Origin: an uncultured Actinomycetes bacterium
GTDB taxonomy: Bacteria > Actinomycetota > UBA4738 > HRBIN12
Direction: 5' to 3'
Length of the DNA: 64,000 nucleotides
Assembly (NCBI GenBank): GCA_963704725.1
Contig: OY969934.1
Coordinates: 896,001-960,000 of the forward strand
A program made the translations under genes and the position numbers. This document shows, one piece after another, positions 58,903 to 64,000 of this stretch (the stretch's first letter is position 1; the number at the start of each line of letters is the position of its first letter). Under the pieces are notes generated by a model. That model was not told the origin of the DNA. It did no database searches and worked only from the letters and a program-made list of their open reading frames with translations.

Positions 58903-59810
58903 CGGGCCTCCTCCTTCTCCGTCGCGAGCGCGTTCCGCAGGTACTCCCAGTCGCGGGCGAACCGGTACGAGTGCCGGGCCGGCGGCGCCGGCGCTTGTGT
59001 CTCGAGCCAGCGCACGGGGCCGGGGCCGGGGTTCGAGAACGAATGAACGCAACCCACGCCGGCCCACCCCACGTCGCCGGGCCCGAGGCGGTAGCGCTCG
59101 CCGTCGAACGACCCCTCGACCGAGCCCTCGAGGATCATGTAGGTCTCCTCGAAGGGGTGATCATGCGGGCCCGCCCCGCCGCCCTCGTCGTTCTGGACCA
59201 TGAACATCGTGGAGAGCTGTGCCCCGAGCTCGGAGTCGATCATCATCTTCAGCGTGATCCCGCTGTAGACGAGGAGCGCCGTCCGCGCGCTCGCCGACAC
59301 GGCCATCAGGTCCTGGGTTTGATTCGCGACGGCCATGTTCTCCGGCCCGATGTGTCCGAAAGACCGCATGCGCGGGTCGCGGACGTCCACGGCGACGGGT
59401 TCGAGCTCCGGCAGGGGCGGCACGAAGTAGGTGTCGCCGTCGTGCGCCGGACGGGGTTGCGGGGCCGACATCGCCGCCAACCGCGTGGTCGCCCCGGACT
59501 CGTTCGCCAGCGCGTGCGGCTGCCCGAGAGGGATGAGGGCGTAGTCCCCGGCGACCAAGCGGATGGCCGCCTCCGCCGTGCGCAGCACGACCACGCCATC
59601 GATCACGTAGAGGCTCTCCTCGTACGAATGGACGTGCCAGTCGATGCGACCGCCGGGATCCATCTCGCCGATGCCGAACCCCGTGTGCACGGCTCCGGCA
59701 ACCTCGTCCACGATCGTCCACCGCCGGTACCCCGACGTGTGCCCCTCGAGGGCTGGGGGGAGATTCCACGAGGCCTCGCCTGCCGCCCGCACGACGTGTC
59801 GCGGGCTCAC
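58899..59810 (-). CDS. bicupin protein
   Basis: Two cupin motifs: 'HVHSYEES...GQPHAL' and 'HDHPFEET...GCVHSF'. Confidence 0.9.
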   Translation of the reverse strand: MSPRHVVRAAGEASWNLPPALEGHTSGYRRWTIVDEVAGAVHTGFGIGEMDPGGRIDWHVHSYEESLYVIDGVVVLRTAEAAIRLVAGDYALIPLGQPHALANESGATTRLAAMSAPQPRPAHDGDTYFVPPLPELEPVAVDVRDPRMRSFGHIGPENMAVANQTQDLMAVSASARTALLVYSGITLKMMIDSELGAQLSTMFMVQNDEGGGAGPHDHPFEETYMILEGSVEGSFDGERYRLGPGDVGWAGVGCVHSFSNPGPGPVRWLETQAPAPPARHSYRFARDWEYLRNALATEKEEAR

Positions 59811-61174
59811 GCGTCCGCCTTCGCCGTGGCCTGCTTTCGCTCCAGCGCCTCCCGCAGGTACTCGCTCGACGCCTCCACCGCCATGCGGGCGCGGTCCCAG
59901 TCGGCGACGAGCTCGCCGTTCCGCTTGTGGATCTTCCCGCCGACGATGACGGTGTCCACGTTGGCGGTGTCGGCGCTCAGCACGACGGCGCCGACGGGGT
60001 CGATGACCGGCGAGATCCCCGGGCCGCGGCCGTCGATCACGACCACGTCGGCCTGCTTGCCCGGCGTGAGTGATCCGGTCCGGTCCTCGAGGCCCACGAC
60101 GTGCGCGCCGTCGAGAGTCGCCATCGTGAGCATGTCCCGGGCGGTGAGGGCGTTCTCCGGCAGGGGCTCCTCGCTCGCCCACACCGAGTCGTTGCTCCGC
60201 CAGCGCTCGGCGGCGAAGGCGCACCGCATCTCGGTGAACATGTCGCCGGGGACGGTCGTCACCACGTCGATCGACAGGCTCGGCCGCAGCCCGTACGAGC
60301 GGGCCTTGGCCACCGGCGGCCAGCCGTGGCCCATCTGCATCTCGACCTGGGGGGCGATCGAGATCGTCCCCTTGCTGTCGGCCACGAGCTGCCACTCCTC
60401 GTCGCTGAAGTAGCAGGAGTGGATGTACGTGGTGTCCGATCCCAGCAGGCCGAGCCCCTCGAGCTGCTTCACCATGCTCCACTTGCCGGCGAGCTTGCCC
60501 ATGGCGATGTGCAGCGTGATGGGGATCCCGAGGTCCCGGGCCGTGGCCCACTCCTGTTGGACGACGTCGTCCTGGCAGAACCCCGGTCCGCGCGTGGCGA
60601 GCGCCATCGTGAGCAGCCCGTCGTCGGAGGAGAAGTAGGTGCTCCGGATCCTCGCGACGTCGTCGCGCGGGATGGCGATCGAGCTGTTGAACCAGTAGTC
60701 GGCCAGCGAGGTGTTCGCGCTGCCGTACGCGAACACCGCCCGGATCCCGGAGTCCCGAAGGCCCGTCACGCCGGCGTCGGGATGGTCCGGCGTGTTGTTG
60801 ATGTGGGACCAGTCGAGCAACGTGGTGATCCCGGCGTTCAGGCACTCGAGCGCGCCGGCCAGGTTGCTGGCGTAGACGTCCTCGGGGCGGTACAGCGGGG
60901 CGAAGCTGTCGAGCACCTCGACGAAGTAGTCGTCGAGCGTCGCGTTCGGCGCGCAGTTGCGGATGGCCGCCTCCCACGTGTGCCGGTGCGAGTCGACGAA
61001 CCCCGGGATGACGATGCAGCCGGTGGCGTCGATCACCTCGGCGTCGGCGCTGAGCCCCGTCCCGACCTGCGCGATCGTGGTCCCCTCGATGAGGACGTCG
61101 CCGCCGGCGATGTCGCCGAGCTGCGGGTCGACCGTGAGGACGTGACCACCCTTCACCAGGATCCGATCGGCCAT
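59807..61174 (-). CDS. amidohydrolase (TRZ/ATZ / MTA-SAH deaminase family)
   Basis: 'IPGFVDSHRHTW', 'AGITT', 'ITLH', 'LSIDV', 'GSLTPGKQAD'. Confidence 0.9.
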   Translation of the reverse strand: MADRILVKGGHVLTVDPQLGDIAGGDVLIEGTTIAQVGTGLSADAEVIDATGCIVIPGFVDSHRHTWEAAIRNCAPNATLDDYFVEVLDSFAPLYRPEDVYASNLAGALECLNAGITTLLDWSHINNTPDHPDAGVTGLRDSGIRAVFAYGSANTSLADYWFNSSIAIPRDDVARIRSTYFSSDDGLLTMALATRGPGFCQDDVVQQEWATARDLGIPITLHIAMGKLAGKWSMVKQLEGLGLLGSDTTYIHSCYFSDEEWQLVADSKGTISIAPQVEMQMGHGWPPVAKARSYGLRPSLSIDVVTTVPGDMFTEMRCAFAAERWRSNDSVWASEEPLPENALTARDMLTMATLDGAHVVGLEDRTGSLTPGKQADVVVIDGRGPGISPVIDPVGAVVLSADTANVDTVIVGGKIHKRNGELVADWDRARMAVEASSEYLREALERKQATAKADA

Positions 61175-61192
61175 CGATCTCCCTTTCTTTTG

Positions 61193-61225
61193 CACCTGAG
61201 TCCTCGCTTCGCGAGGTCTCAGGTG
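61193..61225. repeat. intergenic REP-like stem-loop
   Basis: CACCTGAG-T-CCTCGC-TTC-GCGAGG-T-CTCAGGTG inside an operon. Confidence 0.6.
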
Positions 61226-61267
61226 GGCCTACCGCTTCGCTACTTGAGGCCAGGTCCTCACGGTTGG

Positions 61268-62242
61268 TCAGCCCATGGTGGCCAGCACCCGTTCCACGAT
61301 CGCGTCCGTCGAGGGGATCGCGTGGTCCTCGAGGACGTCCGTCGCCGGGAGCGGGATGTGCGGCGTGGTGATGCGCACGATCGGGCCGTCGAGGTCGAAG
61401 AACCCCTCCTCGGCCACGACCGACGCGAGCTCGGCCCCCCATCCGCACAGGCGCGGGCTCTCCTCGACCGTGACCAGGCGTCCGGTCTTGCCCACCGACC
61501 GCAGGATCGTCGTCAGGTCCAACGGCACCAGCGACCGGACGTCCACCACCTCGGCGTCGACGTCCCGGCCCTCCAGCCGGTCGGCGGCCTCCAGCGCCTT
61601 GGGCACCATGGCCCCCAGGGCCGCGATCGTGACGTCGCCGCCCGGTCGCCGCACGAGGGCGGAGCCGAGCCGGTCGACGATCTCGCCGTCGGGCACCTCG
61701 CCCTTGGACGCGTACAGCACCTTCGGCTCGACGACGATCACCGGGTCGGGGTCGCGGACCGCGGCGGCGAACAGGCCGATCATGTCGATCGGCGTGGACG
61801 GCACGACGACCTTGAGGCCGGGGATCGCCATGGCCCAGCCCTCGACGCTCTGCGAGTGCTGCGCGCCGAACCGGACCCCCCCGCCGTTCGCCGTGCGGAT
61901 CACGAGCGGGAGCGCCACCTGGCCGTTCGTCATGTAGCGGGTCTTCGCGATCTGGTTCGCGATGAGGTCCCAGCACACGGCGAAGAAGTCGCTGAACATG
62001 AGCTCGGCGATCGGGCGGAGGCCGTTCATGGCGGCACCCATGACCGCGCCGACGATGGCCTGCTCCGAGATCGGCGTGTCGCGCACCCGGCGGGGGCCGA
62101 AGCGCTCGAGGAGGCCCTCGGTGGTCTTGAAGACGCCTCCCGCCGCCGCCACGTCCTCGCCGATGAAGAAGACGGTCGGGTCGCGCTCCATCTCCTGCCC
62201 GATGGCGCGGGCCACGGCCTCGCGGAACGTCAGCTCCGCCAT
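61268..62242 (-). CDS. TPP-dependent dehydrogenase E1 beta subunit (second copy)
   Basis: 'IGEDVAAAGG', 'DTPISEQA', 'NQIAK', 'GAQHSQS'. Confidence 0.93.
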   Translation of the reverse strand: MAELTFREAVARAIGQEMERDPTVFFIGEDVAAAGGVFKTTEGLLERFGPRRVRDTPISEQAIVGAVMGAAMNGLRPIAELMFSDFFAVCWDLIANQIAKTRYMTNGQVALPLVIRTANGGGVRFGAQHSQSVEGWAMAIPGLKVVVPSTPIDMIGLFAAAVRDPDPVIVVEPKVLYASKGEVPDGEIVDRLGSALVRRPGGDVTIAALGAMVPKALEAADRLEGRDVDAEVVDVRSLVPLDLTTILRSVGKTGRLVTVEESPRLCGWGAELASVVAEEGFFDLDGPIVRITTPHIPLPATDVLEDHAIPSTDAIVERVLATMG

Positions 62243-63219
62243 GCCGAACCCCCGTCCGCCCACAGCTCGGTCTCCACGATCGAGGGATCGGGGGGCGGCG
62301 CCTCGCGGGCCTCGTCGGTGGCCCGGTCGACGAGCTCCCGAGCGGCGCGGTCGATCTCGTCGAGGTCCCCACCGTCCACCCCGTCGCCCACCAGGCGCTC
62401 GCGCAGCCTGGGGATCGGGTCGCGGGCGAGCCACGCCTGGACCTCCTCGTCGGGCCGGTACTTCCCGGGATCGGCCCGCGAGTGCCCCGTGTGCCGGTAG
62501 GTCCTGGCCTCCACGAGCGACGGTCCGCCGCCCGAGCGCGCCTTCTCCACGCACCGAAGCGCCAGCGCGTGCATCGCGTCGGCATCGTTGCCGTCGGCCA
62601 GGATCGGCTCGAGGCCGTACGCCGGCGCGCGATCGGCGGCCGGGTTCTCGACCGCCGTGACCGAGCCGATCGGCGTGTACTCCATGTAGAGGTTGTTCTC
62701 GCAGACGTAGACGACCGGCAGTGCCCACACGACGGCCAGGTTCAGCGCCTCGTGGAACGCCCCGATGTTGGTCGTGCCGTCGCCGAAGAAGCACACGACG
62801 ACCTGCCCCGTCTCGCGCTCCTTCGCCGCCCACGCCGCGCCGGCGGCGATCGGCATGTGGGCCCCGACGATCGCGTACGAGCCCATGGCCCCGTGGGAGA
62901 CGTCGGTGAGGTGCATCGACCCGCCCTTGCCGCCGCAGATCCCCGTCGCCCGGCCGAGCAGCTCCCCCATGAGCGCGTCCATGGGGGCGCCGCGGAGGAG
63001 CGTGTGGACGTGGCCGCGGTACGTGCAGTACACGAGGTCGTCCGGCCGAAGCGCGGCGGCGAACCCGGCGGCGACGGCCTCCTGCCCCAGCGCGAGATGC
63101 GACGTCCCCTTGACCAGGCCCTGGAGGAAGAGGTCGTGGACACGCTGCTCGAACAGCCGCGCCTCGACCATCATGCGGTAGATCGCCAGGCGCGTGGTCG
63201 TCTCGGTCGCCGTCTGCAT
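62230..63219 (-). CDS. TPP-dependent dehydrogenase E1 alpha subunit (second copy)
   Basis: 'HLALGQEA', 'TYRGH', 'GKGGSMH', 'GDGTTNIGAFHEALN...ENN', 'GHSRADP'. Confidence 0.93.
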   Translation of the reverse strand: MQTATETTTRLAIYRMMVEARLFEQRVHDLFLQGLVKGTSHLALGQEAVAAGFAAALRPDDLVYCTYRGHVHTLLRGAPMDALMGELLGRATGICGGKGGSMHLTDVSHGAMGSYAIVGAHMPIAAGAAWAAKERETGQVVVCFFGDGTTNIGAFHEALNLAVVWALPVVYVCENNLYMEYTPIGSVTAVENPAADRAPAYGLEPILADGNDADAMHALALRCVEKARSGGGPSLVEARTYRHTGHSRADPGKYRPDEEVQAWLARDPIPRLRERLVGDGVDGGDLDEIDRAARELVDRATDEAREAPPPDPSIVETELWADGGSAWRS

Positions 63220-63227
63220 CTCCGGTC

Positions 63228-64000
63228 TCAGTACTCGTTGGCGACCATGAGCTCTTCGCATGGGAAGAGCGTGATGATCGTCGGTCCGTCGGCGGTGACC
63301 ACGACCTCCTCCTCGATCCGAGCGGCGGACCGGCCGTCGGATGCGGGACAGTAGGTCTCGAGCGCGAAGAGCATGCCCTCCTTGATCTCGATGGGGTCGT
63401 CGAAGGAGTTCAAGCGGCTGATGATCGGTCGCTCGTGCAGCCCGACGCCGACGCCGTGTCCGAATTGCAGCCCGAACGCGTCCATCTCGTCCTTGAAGCC
63501 GAACTCGGTGGCCTCGGGCCACACCGCCGCGAGCTGGTCGGTGCCGACGCCGGGCTTCACGAGGTCGATCGCCGCGTCCATCCACTCGCGCGACTGGGCG
63601 AACGCGTCGCGCTGGGCCTGCGTGGCCCGCCCGACGACGAACGTGCGGTAGTAGCAGGTCCGGTAGCCGTTGGCCACGTGGATGATGTCGAAGTACGCCT
63701 GGTCGCCGGGGCGGATCAGCCGGTCGGAGAAGACGTGGGGGTGCGGGCTGCAGCGCTCGCCGGCGATCGAGTTGATCGCTTCGACGAACTCCGAGCCCAT
63801 CTCGAACAGCCGCGCGTGCGCCAGCGCCACCACGTCGCTCTCGCGGACCCCGGGCTTGAGGAACTCGTAGATGTCCTGGTACACGCCGTCCACCATGGCG
63901 CAGGCCTGCGAGAGCAGCGTGATCTCGTCGGGGCTCTTGATCTCTCGCGCCAGCATCATCAGCTGCTGCCCGTCGCGCACCTCGATGCCGGCCCGCTGCA
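63228..64000 (-). CDS. M24 (Xaa-Pro peptidase / creatinase-fold) family protein, 5'-truncated by the window edge
   Basis: 'REIKSPDEI', 'FGHGVGVGLHERP', 'FALET', 'ARIEEEVVVT'. Confidence 0.88.
   Translation of the reverse strand, partial: QRAGIEVRDGQQLMMLAREIKSPDEITLLSQACAMVDGVYQDIYEFLKPGVRESDVVALAHARLFEMGSEFVEAINSIAGERCSPHPHVFSDRLIRPGDQAYFDIIHVANGYRTCYYRTFVVGRATQAQRDAFAQSREWMDAAIDLVKPGVGTDQLAAVWPEATEFGFKDEMDAFGLQFGHGVGVGLHERPIISRLNSFDDPIEIKEGMLFALETYCPASDGRSAARIEEEVVVTADGPTIITLFPCEELMVANEY

Noticed and set aside
1-64000. Many long antisense or alternate-frame ORFs (e.g. 13265-16780 -, 37118-40144 -, 53962-57129 +, most of 58899-62585 -)
   Set aside because: Shadow ORFs expected at high GC; they overlap motif-supported genes and have Arg/Pro/Gly-biased composition
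1-64000. CRISPR array, tRNA/rRNA, prophage or known defence system
   Set aside because: No regularly spaced repeats, cloverleaf or rRNA signatures, or phage/defence genes recognised by eye; tRNAscan-SE and Infernal would be needed to exclude small RNAs

Overview
High-GC (roughly 70-73% by eye), gene-dense bacterial chromosome segment, most likely from an Actinomycetota genome. This rests on the F420-type PPOX protein, ECF42/YciI module, FdxA-type ferredoxin and apparent leaderless starts. No rRNA, tRNA or CRISPR array was seen. Contents: (i) 1-17 kb, signalling and accessory genes (class III adenylate cyclase, PadR, NarL-type two-component system, Tat phosphoesterase, an IS1-family remnant, PilT-like ATPase plus a STAND protein with a degenerate cyclase domain); (ii) 17-36 kb, a FadR-led catabolic operon (TPP-dependent E1a/E1b/E2 without E3, LIV-type ABC importer, ACMSD-like amidohydrolase, FAD oxidoreductase, C-C hydrolase-like protein, lone Mo-hydroxylase large subunit), divergent from an OsmC-family gene interrupted by an in-frame UGA followed by a SECIS-like hairpin (probable selenoprotein); (iii) 36-51 kb, two YciI genes and an ECF42 sigma factor fused in frame to an intact adenylate cyclase, TetR/DrrAB, OmpR-type system, sulfite-oxidase-like protein, mgsA, an unannotated 35-aa peptide gene upstream of an orphan membrane kinase, and metF; (iv) 51-57 kb, a giant multicopper oxidase with FN3 repeats and a 1-nt frameshift; (v) 57-64 kb, a second TPP-E1 catabolic operon (M24 peptidase-like, amidohydrolase, bicupin, atypical SDR). 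All calls come from motif recognition by eye; no database search was run.
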